NCBI RefSeq assembly: GCF_009914755.1
Contig: NC_060928.1
DNA length: 64,000 nucleotides
Reading direction: 5' to 3' (one strand)
Source: the human T2T-CHM13v2.0 reference genome, Homo sapiens
Within the stretch, counting starts at the first letter, position 1, and each line of letters starts with the position of its first letter. A program made the translations under genes and the position numbers. Shown piece after piece: positions 44,433-59,822 of the stretch. The notes under the pieces were generated by a model. The model searched no databases. It saw only the letters and a program-made list of their open reading frames with translations, and was not told the origin of the DNA.

Positions 44433-44731
44433 GGCTAGGCACGGTCGCTCATGCCTTTAATCCCCGCACTTTGGGAGGACAAGGTAGGCAAATCACTTGA
44501 GGTCAGTAGTTCAAGATCAACCTGGCTAACATGGTGAAACCCTTCTCTACCAAAAAATATGAAAATTAGCTGGGTTTGGTGGTGCGCCCCTCTAGTCCCA
44601 GCTACTTGGGAGGCTGAGGCAGGAGAGTCACTTGAACCCAGGAGGCATAGGTTTCAGTGAACCAAGATCGTAGCACTGCGCTCCAGCCAAGGCAACATAG
44701 CAGGACCATGTCAGAAAACAAACAAAAAAAA
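44433..44731 (+). mobile_element. AluS (Sz-like)
   Basis: Full dimer; TSD aagatgattatt / aagacggttatc. Confidence 0.92.
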
Positions 44732-45370
44732 AAGACGGTTATCATATAATGGATACAGCCTTGACACATCACAAGCTAAAGGACTAAAAAATTAAGAAAT
44801 AATTAAAATTCCTACTGGCAGTAATGGCATTTTAGGAAATTTATACTCATCTTCTCATCAAAGGCAGCCATAAAAAGTAAACAAAATCTTTTAAAACATG
44901 AATCTACATAAACAAATTCAAGAGATAAAAAAAAATCCCGGAAGAATTCTAAAGCATTTAAGAACATTTTCTTCTTGGAGTTTCACATGATTTTTCACAA
45001 AGTTTCTGAGAGGCTGACAAACTAAGGAGAAAAATTGACAACTAAATCGAAATTAGAGTTTATATTTGGGCATGAGCAGATGACTCTTTTGAAATAAGGG
45101 TAAAGCAAGGGTAGCCTAATTTTAATAGAAACTGAAGCACATCTTAAAATTATCATCATTATCAAAACCGATATGAGATGTTCCTAGATTGCTACCACCT
45201 CTAATAAGCTGTGAGAGAAAATTGAACTATCTGTAAAAAGTTACTATTATTCTTTGCCTCAAAATTTCAAATTCTTAAGACACAAATGTACAACTCTAAA
45301 AAATAATCAAGGATGAGAGAAATCAAGATCATTTGACTAAAAAACCTCAGGACTCAATATGTTATAAAAA

Positions 45371-46325
45371 CAGGCAACTTACAGAATGGGAGAAAATTTT
45401 TGCAATCTACTCATCTGACAAAGGGCTAATATCCAGGATCTACAATGGACTCAAACAAATTTACAACAAAAAAAACAAACAGCCCCATCAACAAGTGGGC
45501 GAAGGATATGAATAGACACTTCTCAAAAGAAGATATTTATGCAGCCAAAAGACACATGAAAAAATGCTCATCATCACTGGCCATCAGATAAATGCAAATC
45601 AAAACCACAATGAGATACCATCTCACACCAGTTAGAATGGTGATCTTTAAAAAGTTGGGAAACAACAGGTGCTGGAGAGGATGTGGAGAAATAGGAACAC
45701 TTTTACACTGTTGGTGGGACTGTAAACTGGTTCAACCATTGTGGAAGTCATGTGGCGATTCCTCAGGGATCTAGAACTAGAAATACCATTTGACCCAGCC
45801 ATCCCATTACTGGGTATATACCCAAAGGATTATAAATCATGCTGCTATAAAGACACATGCACTTGTATGTTTATTGCAGCACTATTCACAATAGCAAAGA
45901 CTTGGAACCAACCCAAATGTCCAACAATGATAGACTGGATTAAGAATATGTGGCACATATACACCATGGAATACTATGCACATAAAAAATGATGAGTTCG
46001 TGTCCTTTGTAGGGACATGGATGAAGCTGGAAACCATCATTCTCAGCAAACTATCACAAGGACAAAAAACCAAACACCGTATGTTCTCACTCACAGGTGG
46101 GAATTGAACAATGAGAACACATGGACACAGGAAGGGAAACATCACACACCAGGGCCTGTTGTGGGGTTGGGGGAGTGGGGAGGGATAGCATTAGGAGATA
46201 TACCTAATGTTAAATATTGAGTTAATGGTTGCAGCACACCAACATGGCACATGTATACATATGCAACAAACCTGCACGTTGTGCACATGTACCCTAAAAC
46301 TTAAAGTATAATAATAATAAAAAAA
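45371..46325 (+). mobile_element. 5'-truncated young L1PA (L1PA3-5-like) 3' end
   Basis: ORF2 C-terminus [20 protein letters not shown]; 3' UTR gtaccctaaaacttaaagtataataataataaaaaaa; short TSD aaaaaca. Confidence 0.92.
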
Positions 46326-46439
46326 CAATTGAAAGAGCTTTAGATAAAGAAGTTTTCAGATACCTTTAAAATTCTTATGCCACTGTTAACTATAAAACAA
46401 AGAAGTCATATGGAAATTCTAAAAATAAGAAATGCAGAA

Positions 46440-47846
46440 TTCCACACCCCAGAAATAAAATACTTAGGTATAATCATAACAAAAATACTTATAAGATTTA
46501 TATAGGGAAAACTATAAAACTAATGAAAGAAATTTAAAAATAAGTTCTAGTTGCCTGGGACTAATTTCATGTCAATAGATAAGAAGACTCAATTTTGTCA
46601 AAATGTCACTTCTTCCCAATTTGATCTGTAGATTTAATGCAATTTCAATCAAAATATCAAAAAATATTTTGTAGAAATTCATAAAATGATATTAAAGTGT
46701 ACATGGAGAGGTAAAGGGTACAGCATAATCAATACAATATTGAGGAAAAACAAAGTCAGAGTACCAACACTACCCCATGTCAAGATTTAACAATAAAGCG
46801 ATAGTAATCAAGACAGTGTTGTATTGGTGAAAGAACAGACAAATAGGCCAGTGAAACAGAGTAGAGAGCCCAGAAATAGACCCACACAAGTACATGCAAC
46901 TGATCTTTGACATAAGAGAAAGGGCAATAACACAGAAAAAGTCTTCAACACATGGTGCTAAAACAACTTGACATCCACTTGTAAAAGAAAATGTAGGGAG
47001 AAATCTTACACTGCTCCCCAAAACTTACTCAGAATAGATCACAACCTAAATGTAAGGTGCCAAACTATAAAACTCCTAGAAGTCAACATAGGAGAAAACC
47101 CATACAACCTTGGATTTGGCAATGGCATTTTAGAGACAACACTAATGACCCAATTTATGAAAGAAATTATTGATAAGCTGGATTTCATTAAAATTAAACT
47201 CTTCTGACCTAGGAAACACTGTCGAGAGAATTAGAAGACAAACCACAGACTTGGAGAAAATATTTGTGGGATACATATGTGATAAAGGACTATTATTCAA
47301 AATACACAAGGAACTCTTAAAACTCAATCATAAGAAAATGAACAGCACAATTATAAATGGGCAAAAGGTCTGAATAGACACCTCACCAAAAAGATACAGA
47401 TGGCAAATAAGCATATGAAAATATACTCATCATACGTCATTAGGGAATTGCAAATTTAAACAGTGAGTCAACACTATCCCACTACTAGAATGGCTAAAAT
47501 CAAAAACACTGAAACACTAAAAGCTGAAAAGGAAAGGAAATATCACTCATTGCTGGTGAGAATGCAAAATAGTGTAGTCACTTTAGAAGGTAAGATGGCA
47601 GTTTCTTACAAAACTAAATATACCCTTACCATACAATCTAGCAATTGTATTCCTTGGTATTTTCTCAAATGAGTTGAAAACTTATGTTTAGACAAAAATT
47701 TGAACATAAAGGTTTATAGCAGGTTCACTTATAATTATCAAAACCTGAAGTAACCAAAATATCCTTCCGTATGCAAATAGATAAATAAACTGTGGCACAT
47801 CCCAACAATGGAATATTCTACAGAGCTCAAAAAAAGAGCAGTCAAG
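46440..47846 (+). mobile_element. L1MC/L1MB-like ORF2 3' region
   Basis: gaagactcaattttgtcaaaatgtc, gagcccagaaatagacccacac, IIDKLDFIKIK. Confidence 0.8.
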
Positions 47847-48039
47847 CCCTATTCTGCTGCCAAACACTAGATTTTATTCATTCTATCTTACTGACAAATA
47901 TTGCATGTTATCCCTAATATGTTGGAGATAAAAAATGTATTTAACTCATGCAGATAGAGAATGAATGATGTTTACTAGAGGCTAGGAAGTATAGTGGAGA
48001 TAGGGGGAAAAAAAGAAGATAGTTAGTGGGTCCAAATAT
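47847..48039. mobile_element. L1MA 3' UTR fragment with an internal inversion
   Basis: 47893-48039 is sense L1MA 3' UTR; 47847-47893 is the reverse complement of the segment that normally follows it. Confidence 0.65.
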
Positions 48040-48234
48040 TGATAAGTTTCCAAGAGCAGCATAACTAACAGCTTGCAACTCATCTACAAAAGAATATTAC
48101 AACCTTCCAAGTTCTAACACATACAAAATATAAATAACACTTTCTCTTGCAGTTTTCTACATATTTCTGTGTGACTGACTGGTTTTTGAGGCAGACCTGC
48201 TGGATAAAGAGAGGCTATGGCCTGAGTCTTATCA

Positions 48235-48597
<363 letters not shown>

Positions 48598-50264
48598 AGA
48601 GAGAGAGAAAAAAAAATGGAAAAATTTGAGTAAAGGTGGAAAGATAGTTTCTTTGTTGTTATGTCGTTCTTGATGATGACATTGCTGTTTTCAATTTGTT
48701 GACAATGACTTGGATAAAAATGAAAGTTCCTTTGGATATTATAGGCAGGTGCTAAGTTTTTGTGATGACAATTCCAAGGAAATTGAGAGAATTACTATAG
48801 GCCTAATAATGAAAAGCATTCAATAGCAGAATAAGGCTAGACTTCATTTTATAATCACAGAGGAAGAAGTGAATTTTTTTTCAGCCATGACATTACATGA
48901 AAAAAAATTATGACTTTGAAAAAAATTAGGAGCAAACACCCTCAGAGTTTCTATTTTTTATGTTCCACAGTGAGGAGTGACAAATATCTGCTTCATTGGA
49001 ATTAAATGTTAATTTTAATATTCAATGCCTATTGATTTACAGAAGAAAAATATAACAACAAATCCAATAATTTGAATCTGGACAATAAGAAATAATCATG
49101 ATGCCATAAGCAGATAAACGGAAATAACTGAGAATAGAGGAAAGTAAATAGGAAGAATGGGAATAGAGATGATAAAACAAGTAATTTCTAAAGATGTGGA
49201 TGTGAGAGTTACCCTTATAAAGTGATAAACTATAAAAAGAATGGGATTTTAGAAGAGACTACAGAGTTAAAAGGAAAAGAGAAAGAATGAAAGGAAAACA
49301 TGAGGGGAGAGAGAGAGAGAGACAAATGAAAACAGGTAATGATTGAGGGTTACCTAGAATGTCTATTTTTTATGGATGTCAACATTGAAATAAATTAGAG
49401 ATGTAATTTTTTTTCAGTTTTAAACACAATGCAAAAATAAAAGAAAATGATTAATGTATAAAATGCATGTCATACAAAAGTACAGTTGTATTAATATAGT
49501 GGGTTCGAAAGCAAACGGCAAATAATTTTGGTATGATTAAAATGGATGTGAGAAAATGGGTAAAAATAATGTGGGTGACCATCTTTAAAGAATTTTGTCA
49601 ATGAGAGAAAACAATACATTTGAATAAAAATATAACTTGAGGTGCATATGGACAAAAAATAGTGTCAAGAATGAAAACAAAATATTTTAGGGTAAAAGTA
49701 AAGTTGGTAGAAAATTAGACACTACAGATATAAAGTAAGGAATGAGAGGTGATGCGTGGTAGGCAGGATGACTGATTAAATGATTTATTTGAAGGAGGCA
49801 GAAAGGAATAAAAGGCGAACAGATACTGAAGAAGCATAAAAGGTGTTTCTAGGCTCAGAGTGGAATATAAAGAAGAATCACACATTGTGTTTGCCCTGAG
49901 AGGTTCTTACAAGATCAGACAAGGATAAGAGATGTTTCTCAGGATATAACACGGTGTTAAAACATAATATTTTGTTACAGAATTACTAAAGGAAAGTATC
50001 GTTGGCTTTTCTGTACCAAGTCTACAAGGAACTTTTTTTAAAAATTCATTTTTCTGTCTGGTAGAACATACCAACATGTTATTCATTATGTAAAAGGGTG
50101 AGAAAACGCAAGAAGATTTTAAAAGAATTCTCAACATTGACCCTAGTTTCCACAATTTTAATGTTTTAATAAAAGAAATTCAACAGTTACATTATTAACC
50201 ACCTCCATACAAAAATATATTTACGTGTCAAGTAGACTCTGTTAAAGAGGAGACCAAGTCCCTG

Positions 50265-50296
<32 letters not shown>

Positions 50297-50454
50297 TATA
50301 TATATATTATATATATTATATATATTATATATATAATATATATATAATATATATATAATATATATATAATATATATATTATATATATAATATATATATAA
50401 AATATATATATAATATATATATAATATATATATGTATATGTATACATACATACA

Positions 50455-50490
<36 letters not shown>
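50265..50490. repeat. Pure-AT (TA)n / TATATATTA-type minisatellite followed by (CA)n
   Basis: 50265-50433 contains only A and T; then TACA and CA repeats. Confidence 0.95.
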
Positions 50491-50492
<2 letters not shown>

Positions 50493-51784
50493 GTTCATTT
50501 GCAAATATTCCCAGGAGAAAATCAGAACGCTTCTAAATAAAGTATCTAAATTCCTTATTCACTGTCCAGTATCATTGCTAATTCACCCAGACAGCTCAAC
50601 CATAATCCAATTAAATCTATCTAAACTCTTCCTTCTTTTTTTTTTTTTTTTTTAAATCTTAAACCATTTTGGGAAAAAAAGGCATCAAATCATGTTTTAA
50701 AAGAAATAATATTTCTTATGCTGCAAGTAATACTCAGTTATTATATTATATCATTTATTGGTAGGTACTATAAAAATCCTAATTTTTTTTAACAAGATGA
50801 TCAGAGTATCCTTTTTGCACCAATCAATTACAGACTGGGTATATCCTTGAGAGTTATTTCATTGTATTTATAGAGAGGGTGATGCACACTTAATAATGTG
50901 AATCCTATAAATGTTTACATGAGTTTAAATTAGTCACTGAATAGTTTTGTATCCAAGTTTGGATTAGATATTAAACAAGGAGGAAATAAACAACAATGCA
51001 ACTCTGCCCAGTACGTTCAAATATCAATTGCTATCCCTTCACAAATTTAAATTATTTGTCTAAATACTTGAAATTAGAATGTTTTAGAATAATTTTTTCC
51101 AACGTCAAGCAGGTAAATAACAAAACAAACTCAGTTGCCATGAGGACATACAAATTTACAAGTATAACATTAATAATTTCGTGACTAAAATTGAATATAA
51201 TTTCATATGGCAAAATGAGTAATTTTGCTATGTTTTGAAAAAAAGTATAGTATTTCATTAACCTATTTAATTATCTAGAATTGGGATACTATATTTCAAT
51301 AAGTGTATTTTACTTGGCCATTCAATAAATTCCATACACAAGAAAGAATGATTACACACATGTTGCTAAATTATTTTGCTTTAAACTTTACGCAAACTCT
51401 AGTTCTACTGACCATTGCCACATGGTTTTAAGGTTTTTTTTTTTTTTTTTGCCTGGTGTAGATAACTGTGTACCACTTCGTTCTGCTGTGTCCTATGCAT
51501 GTATGGCTTCCTTAATGCAAGCAGAAAGACCTGGGCTTGACTTACATATAGCTGTGAGATAAGATGAGATTACATACAAAGAATCCTAACAGAGCCAAAC
51601 AAAGAGGAGAAGTGGGAAAAAATCCCAACCCAGTGACTATGTTCCTTCCAGTGATGACCAATAATAAATAAGATTTCCTAAACACATTCATATTATCCTA
51701 CCTGTTTCTTTTAGGTGGGATAAAGGTGTTAGGGGTGTAGCAACAACAATAACAAAAAACTGAAGAGCTTGACATATCCTAAAA

Positions 51785-51920
51785 GCATGGAAGGATCTAG
51801 GTTTTTCAGGGCCTAAAATTGATACGTAATGATGGCAGGGTGATCTTTAAGTAATACAGAATTGGACGTACAAATTCTAAACATGTTACAAAAAACCATA
51901 AATCACAAACTCCAGTAAGT
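51785..51920 (+). mobile_element. hAT-type DNA transposon end (MER53-like)
   Basis: ggatctaggtttttcagggcctaaaattgatac ... tctttaag resembles the recalled GGATCCAGGTTTTGTGGGGCCTGAAGCTTATAC terminus. Confidence 0.4.
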
Positions 51921-53853
51921 TAGCGCAATAGGTTTTCAAATTATCTTACTGTGGTAAATTACTTTAGTGAGGCTAAAATAAAAAGTCTTAGCAATGCTAT
52001 AACTATTATTCCAATATCAATTGAATTCACTTAAATAGAATGATTTCCAATGAAATTATTAAAAGCAATGTGATACATTTATTAGTGGGTGAAAGTTTTC
52101 TTTATTTTCTTGTTTGTGATACCAGTGTTTACCAGAATCACTGGTTATCTGCTTACTTTCATAATTGAAGTTATAATTTTGTATCATGTAATTCTAATTC
52201 CTTATTTAAACTAGAATTTGAGTAGTCTCCACTCTATCTTTTTTTCTGCTTATCAAATACAGGTTGCTACTAATGAAGAAAAAGAGTAAATATGTCAGTA
52301 ACATAAAATATGTCAAAAACTTCTTATCACACAAAAATCTATTGAAATATCAATTAAACTGAATTTGTAAAAAGCACTCTCCTTTCATCCCTATCAGTGG
52401 ATTATTATTAAATTAAAAATATTTAAATGAATTTTAACACTTAAAAAATTGACAGGAATTACAAATGTCACTATTCAGAACTAAACACCAACAGTCAAGG
52501 TGAATCTGGGGACATGAGTTTTTAACTAGAAGCTGAGCAAGAAGTATCATAAGGCATTTTATCTTTATCCAGTTAATGCCTGGGTATCTTACATTTTGTA
52601 ACTTTATATTCACGGACATCTTCTTTAAACTTTGTTCATATTAGCTTGCCCACTTGATTTCAGTTTTCTACTCTGCAATAGTTATTTACCCAATTAATTT
52701 GAAAATCATAATTTAACTGGTTTAGTGAAGATTTTCTGACACACTATTAATATTTAAAACCTGTTTTACCCTTCTGACTTGTGGCCCCTTGATCTATGAG
52801 AATTGGTAAATCCTAATTAACTCAGTGAGTGGGATCCCTTGTAGATTAACTTGAAATATAATTTTATTCAAGCTCAGAATGGGGCATAAAGCCATCAATT
52901 TGTGTGACATGTAAGCTAAACATTTTGCTATTGTCCACCTTACTATATTTCAAATTAACATTTCTCAGAGTAATATTTTATACTGAAAAAGAAAAAAAAA
53001 AGCAGACTTTAGTCACAACTTTTTTCACTATTGCTGACTTCTTATTCCTAATATTATATTATTTTAAAAATCTCTAAAGATATCTAAATATTATAGATTT
53101 CAGTATTTAATGATTCCCAGGTGGTCTTTGTTTATTTTTAGAACTGGCCTTGAACTATTAAACTATGTGACTAAGTCCACTGACAGGCAAGATGGTGGGG
53201 TAACCAAAAAGTGACTGGCACTTGGTATTTGCTCAACAATTATTTTGGAATGAAAAACTTACAAATAGCTCATATAAAGAAACAAGACCTAACTTTACAG
53301 AGCAAGTCATTGAGTGAGATTTCTTACAGGATAGGCTGGAGATGTAACTGAAGGTAGACTGAAGACAAGTAGTAAAGTCTCTAATTGCCCTTCAATTACT
53401 AAACTAGAGGTTCGTATAGGATAGAAAATCTAGAAAACGTTGAAATATTTTATGTAAACTATTGGATTTTTAAGCCTATATTTTCTGTTAGTAGAACCAG
53501 GAAAAAACAGTAGGATATTGCTGAACAATAATAAAATAGTACCTCACTTAGAACTATTTAACTCATAATAATCTGTGGGACATAAACATTGATCTTTCCA
53601 GTACTCAGTTAAACATATGTTTATGTAGAGTATAAAGAACTAATCATAGTTGAAGAAACAGATGTGTGAGCTTTTTGGCATGGTTATACTTGACACATGT
53701 GAATAGAAGAGATTTCTAGAGATAATAATTGCAATTAAAAGCAGAAGAAATACCATCAAATGTGTGTTAAAGTGAAAAACTTAGGAAACAGAACCAACGA
53801 AAAGAGAGCTTTATAGAGAGCTATAGAGGTAGAAGAGAAGATCTATTATTGGC

Positions 53854-54978
53854 TGTAATGGTTAACTTTATGTGTTAACTTGGCTAGGCTATGATACCCA
53901 GTTGTTTGGTGAAGCACCTGTTTAGATAATACTTTAAAGGTATTTTTTTTAGATATGACTAACATTTACAATCGGTAGACTTTAGGCATAGCAGATTACT
54001 CTTAACAATGTGTGCAGACCTCATCCAATCAGTTAAAAGCCTCAAGAGCAAAGACTGAGGTTTTCTGAAGAAATTCTGTCACAACACTGCAAACGTCCAA
54101 CTGTGCCTATGTTTCTATCCTGCCTGACTTGTCTGTGAATTTCAGTCTCAAAACTTCAACATCAATTGTCACTTGAATTTTCAGCCAGTGGGTTGGCCCT
54201 ACAAAGTAAACCTCCAAAATCACTTGAGCCAATTTCTTAAAATAAACCTCTCTATGTGTGTGTGCATACACCCACAGAAAAATTTTATGGCGGGGAGGGA
54301 AGGTTTAGAGATATATATATACAGAGAGAGAGATCTCCATTATGTATCTATCTTAACCCCTCTCTCTCACTCAGCAAAGTTTGGCTTGTAGGTCTGGCAG
54401 GGGCTTAGAGTAAACCTAGCTGCTGCAACAGTCCCAACACTATAAGGAGAGCTGTGAGGGGGCAAAAAGAGCCCCAGTACCTCTATCATTTGTATGAGTT
54501 TGGTGAGAGAGAACATTTGTAAAAGTCAGGCAAAGCAGATTTATTACTCACAGATAGGCAGCAAGAATAAACAGAAGACTTGGGTTCATGGTGAGCCAGT
54601 CCCTCAAGGATCAGGAAAGCTGCCCAGGGTACCGGAAATGGGGTCTGTGCAGATCCTTCATCATACCACAGTGGATGAACCCTGAGTGTACTCTGCCCCG
54701 AGTTTTTATAACCTGAGCACAACTTGAATTGCTGAGCTCCAGCTTTTCAGAATATCCTGTTCTATAAGGGATAATGGCATAGTGTGGATTGTTTTTGGAC
54801 AGTTCCTCCATATCTCAGGACATTACATTCTTGGTATATTCCACAGTTGTTCTTAGAACTATAATGAGAGAGCTGGGTCAGCCAATGCTACCTAAGGACC
54901 TGACCCCTGCTATATTTATATGCCATTATCTATATCTATATACCTATTAATTGTGTTTCTGTGGAATACCCTAAAACA
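53854..54978 (+). mobile_element. MLT2D-like solo LTR, split by a second LTR
   Basis: tgtaatggttaactttatgtgttaacttggctaggct start; ccaatttcttaaaataaac; end gtttctgtggaataccctaaaaca. Confidence 0.85.
54349..54911 (-). mobile_element. MER74/MER73-like ERVL LTR inside MLT2D
   Basis: gatttattactcacagataggcagcaag, gagccagtccctcaaggatcaggaaagctgcccaggg, gagagctgggtcagcc. Confidence 0.7.
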
Positions 54979-57656
54979 GTGCTCAATAATGTAGTTTCAA
55001 GGAGAAAATAATGGCTAGTGCATGGACTGTTCTAGATGAGAATAAAACATATAAAAGGATGAAAAATAAATTATAGTTTCACATGAAGAGTCATTGTTGA
55101 CATTTAAAAGAACATTTTCACAGGAATTTTGGTAATAGAAACTATATTTAAGTCTACTGAGAAACTTGCAAGATCTGAAGAAGAGAATTCAAGACATATG
55201 GAGAGCTCTCAGAATAAATTTAATAATGAAAGCACGGACAGAGATACAAGAGAAAAATAAGTGGGGGCGAATATGTATTTTCTTAGTTTTAGGTTGAAAA
55301 ACATTTGGGATATTGGGAGAGAAACCAATAAAGTAAAGGAGGTCAAGAAACCAAAATAAAATAATTAACCAAGAAAGATTCTCAAAAAAGAGAAGGAACA
55401 ATTAGACGGTGAAAAACAGATTGTGAAATACAACAATTAGTGCCATAAAAACATATATACATTTGTAGAAAGTTTTCATGATATATTAATAGTTTAATAT
55501 AAAAAAGTCTGTCTATCTCTGTAGAAAATGAGCTAGAAAGATAGATAACACGTGTTCAGAATTCTTAGCTGTCTGTAGTTCATTTTGCTTTTCTTATTTG
55601 TGCTTCATTCATATATTCTAATTTTGTCTGCAACATAACAAAGGTACAAATAAATAATCAAATATCACTTGCAAACAAATAAAATTTAGGAGAGTATAGT
55701 AGCATAAAAAGGTAACATGATGTCTATGAAATGTTTTAAAAAATTTTAGAGTATTAAAAGCATTTGAGGAACTTTTAGTGGAAAGATGGATGGAGAATGA
55801 GCGTGGATGCAGGTAGATTTGTAGACCTACAGGGAGTTACATTTTGATCGTTTTCATTTTTTCTGTGAAGTAGGAGATAAGGTGGAAAGTGGGTATTTAA
55901 GCAGTATAGAGAGATTTTGAAACATTAATGGCTAATTTGAAATTATCTCGTTATTAAATAAATACAGTAGGTTGGTAGAAAATGGGCACAAATGAGAGTT
56001 AACATTTAGTAGGCCTGATTTAACATTGGAAAATTATCACATGATAGTGAGTGGTGAGTATGTAGCACAAAAGCTTATAGAATCTCAGATGCAAGAAAAC
56101 AATTTTTATAAAGGAAGTCCTTGTGAACAGTGACATTTGACATGACCTATTCAGTAGAAGGAAGACTTAGATAAACAGACAAGTTGCTCTGAGGCTGAAA
56201 ATGGTCTGACCCAAAGCAGGGCAGTCACAAGAAATGTTCAGTGGATCGTGAAGCATAAAATTTGGCTGAAGTAGCAGCACCAAAATAGATGAGTATTTCA
56301 TAATAAGTTCTGTATTTTAAATTGCATTTGTTTGTACCACGCAGTTTCCGTGTACCACTGACTATTACTCAGAAAAAGAGAGCTATTTTAAGTACAAAGC
56401 ACAGTAAAAGGTAAACATGTAAAACCAATCAGTGATATCCAAGTTAACCTCAAAGGTTCTTTTAATCATGCACTAGACAGTATTTAACTGTGTACAGCCT
56501 CCCTAACTAATTTCACAGGCAAAACCAATTCTTACTTTATAAATACTGCTGTTAAAACATATGCAAAAATAAAATATTCACTTTTAGGCAAGAAAGACAC
56601 ATTTTGGAAAGAATCAAGGATGTCTATGCACCTAACATTACTTACAACATTATTTTATAGAATAAAATGTATGACTTAACCAATGAACAAAATTAAGTCA
56701 TTGTGTGAGAATTACATAATTTGAACTTGTTAGGCTTAATGTGAAATGGAAGGAATAGTGAAGGGAGAAAACCATATATTTCTGTAATATTTCATTGTCT
56801 CAGAATTGTTAAATAATACTGTCTCTTTGTGCTACTAGTTACTAAGGACTACCTTCATTCTGATTGTCCAATTTAATATAATACTAAAATATAAGAAAAA
56901 AGTGGTATTGAAAGTAACTTTGTCCTTCCTTCTTAGAGTTGGATTTTTTTTTCATTTCTAATGTAAAAAGTTCTTTGATCTGTGCCATGGAAATATCCAC
57001 AGAAATACAATCGGTGTCAAAGCTAACCTTTCTCTCTATATAATTTCTTTGTCTTTCTCAACATAATTTTTAACTATTTTTGAATTTCAGCTCAAGTGAG
57101 AAAACATGTCTATGTAAATGAATGAAAATATTGGAGTTAAGAAAGTACGCAATGAAATATACTTTTAAAATGTTTCATTCTGATTAATAGGCTCAAATAC
57201 AAAGTTTACATGTTTCCAAATGCTTTATTTTAAATTGAAACATATTAGAATTCAAAATATTTAGTCATATTTTAAGCATGACAAAGGTAATAGCATGATT
57301 AGTATGGGGAAAACAATGATTCTTTAGTTTTTCTTATCGTTTTTAATACTATATTTCAGTAAATTACTTAATCTAATAAAGTGTCAGACACAGACACATA
57401 CACACGCATGAAATACCATCTCTTAAATATAAATTTGAAATATTGGCATACGGAATGCTTATTTCTCTTTTCAATCTTCATTTTTATATCTGGGTTGAGT
57501 GGTATCTGAAAGTAACGTAATGCACGTTTAAATGATCTAATTTTTGTTTTAAGGGCCTTTACAAACTCTTCGCATATTATTGGAATTCCTTGACAGTTTT
57601 AAATCAGCTGCAATTGTATGAGGTAAGATAAATTTTTCAAAGGTTAAAAAGTTACT

Positions 57657-57953
<297 letters not shown>

Positions 57954-59057
57954 TTATCAACATAAACTGCATTTTATTTACATGTGTTTAATTCTTTAAA
58001 ACATGACAAAAATATAATTTCTAGATTAATCTGTGGGTAGAGTGTAAAAATGAACTCCAGACAGAAGCAAGGTAGAGGACTAACAAGGTGCCAAGAGACC
58101 TTGCTGATATTAACAATCAGGAAAAAATATTCCGAGAGAAATGAAAAAGATGTTGGGATTGGGAAAACACAAAATGTGGGGAATCTGATTTTTGTTTTAT
58201 TATGTTTGTGGACAGCAGAGAAACTATCCTGCTAAAGTCATCAATGAGATCATATGATGAATTGTTTCTAAGGGACAGAAAGTGAGCCTCTAATAGGAAG
58301 ATATTTAATCAGCAATAAAAGAGTCTTAAGGAAAGATTAGGTGAGATTAGTCTACTACTAAGTTCATGAAAATGGTAGGAGGAGGAATACAGAAAATGAC
58401 ATTTTGCAGTTTCAGATAAGAGTCACTGATTCAAGGTTGCATTTGTCCTTTAGATTGATTATAATCCTCAACATAATAATATGTCCAATGGGCTATATAT
58501 ATGTGTGTGTTGATGTGTGATCTCTACCCATGATATCATCAAACCTAATCTCATTAAACAAGAATTAAAAAATATAAATAATGGTCATTTTAACCAGGGT
58601 ATCACTGGATGAAAGCAAGGCAGCAGTAATATCAATAAATGACTTAGCTCAAATATAACTTCTTTGGAGACTTTCCAGATATCTCCCAGCCAGAAATACT
58701 TCCCCTCTGGGGAAATCATGTTTATTATAGTCTGAGTGTTCAAATATGTATTTATTATTTGATTAACATTTATATATGTGTGAAGAGATTGTATTTTAGT
58801 AATCCTTAATTCTCTCAGTGCCAAGCCTGGGGCCTTTATGTTATATGCTCAACATGTTATTAGTAAAACACAAGTTTTCATTGTTTTATATCTAATAAAT
58901 AACTTTTGAATAATTTTATATATGCAAAAATATTTTATACTTTTGGAGATTTAGCAACTAAGAATTAGAGCACATGCAATCACCTAACATTTTACTAACA
59001 TATAAGCAGAAATAGAGCTAGTTCTACACACATGCACACACACTCACAGAGAAGTGT

Positions 59058-59060
<3 letters not shown>

Positions 59061-59115
<55 letters not shown>
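59061..59115. repeat. (TG)n(TA)n microsatellite at an Alu tail
   Basis: Direct reading. Confidence 0.95.
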
Positions 59116-59417
59116 TTGTTTTTTTTTTTTTCAGACAGTGTCTTGCTCTGTGGCCCAGATTTAGAGTCCAGTGGTACAACCACGTCCTGCAGCCTCAGCC
59201 TAGATCTGCTAGGCTCAAGCGATCCTCCCACCTCACCCTCCCAAATAACTGTGACTAAAGGCATGTGCTACCCCACTTGGCTAATTTTTTAAATTTTTGT
59301 AGAGATAGGGTCTCACTATGTTGCCCAAATTTGTCTCAAACTCCTGGGTTCAAGTGACCCTCCTGCTTCAGGCTCCCCAAATGCTGGGATTACAGGTGTG
59401 AGCCACCACACCCAGCC
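59116..59417 (-). mobile_element. AluJ
   Basis: PolyT, ggctcaagcgatcctcccacctca, ends gagccaccacacccagcc. Confidence 0.9.
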
Positions 59418-59503
59418 ACATTTATACTTTTGAAGATACTTTTAAAAGTGATGAATGGAATAGAATAATGTTTATCTCAGATCTTATTATAAAATAAAGT
59501 CAC

Positions 59504-59822
<319 letters not shown>

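Larger units (their letters stand above)
53300..55900 (-). mobile_element. Fragmented L2, interrupted by MLT2 and MER74-like LTRs
   Basis: Purine-rich L2 antisense motifs (gaagagtcattgttgacattt, gatgcaggtagatttgtaga, ttttctgtgaagtaggagataagg). Confidence 0.5.
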
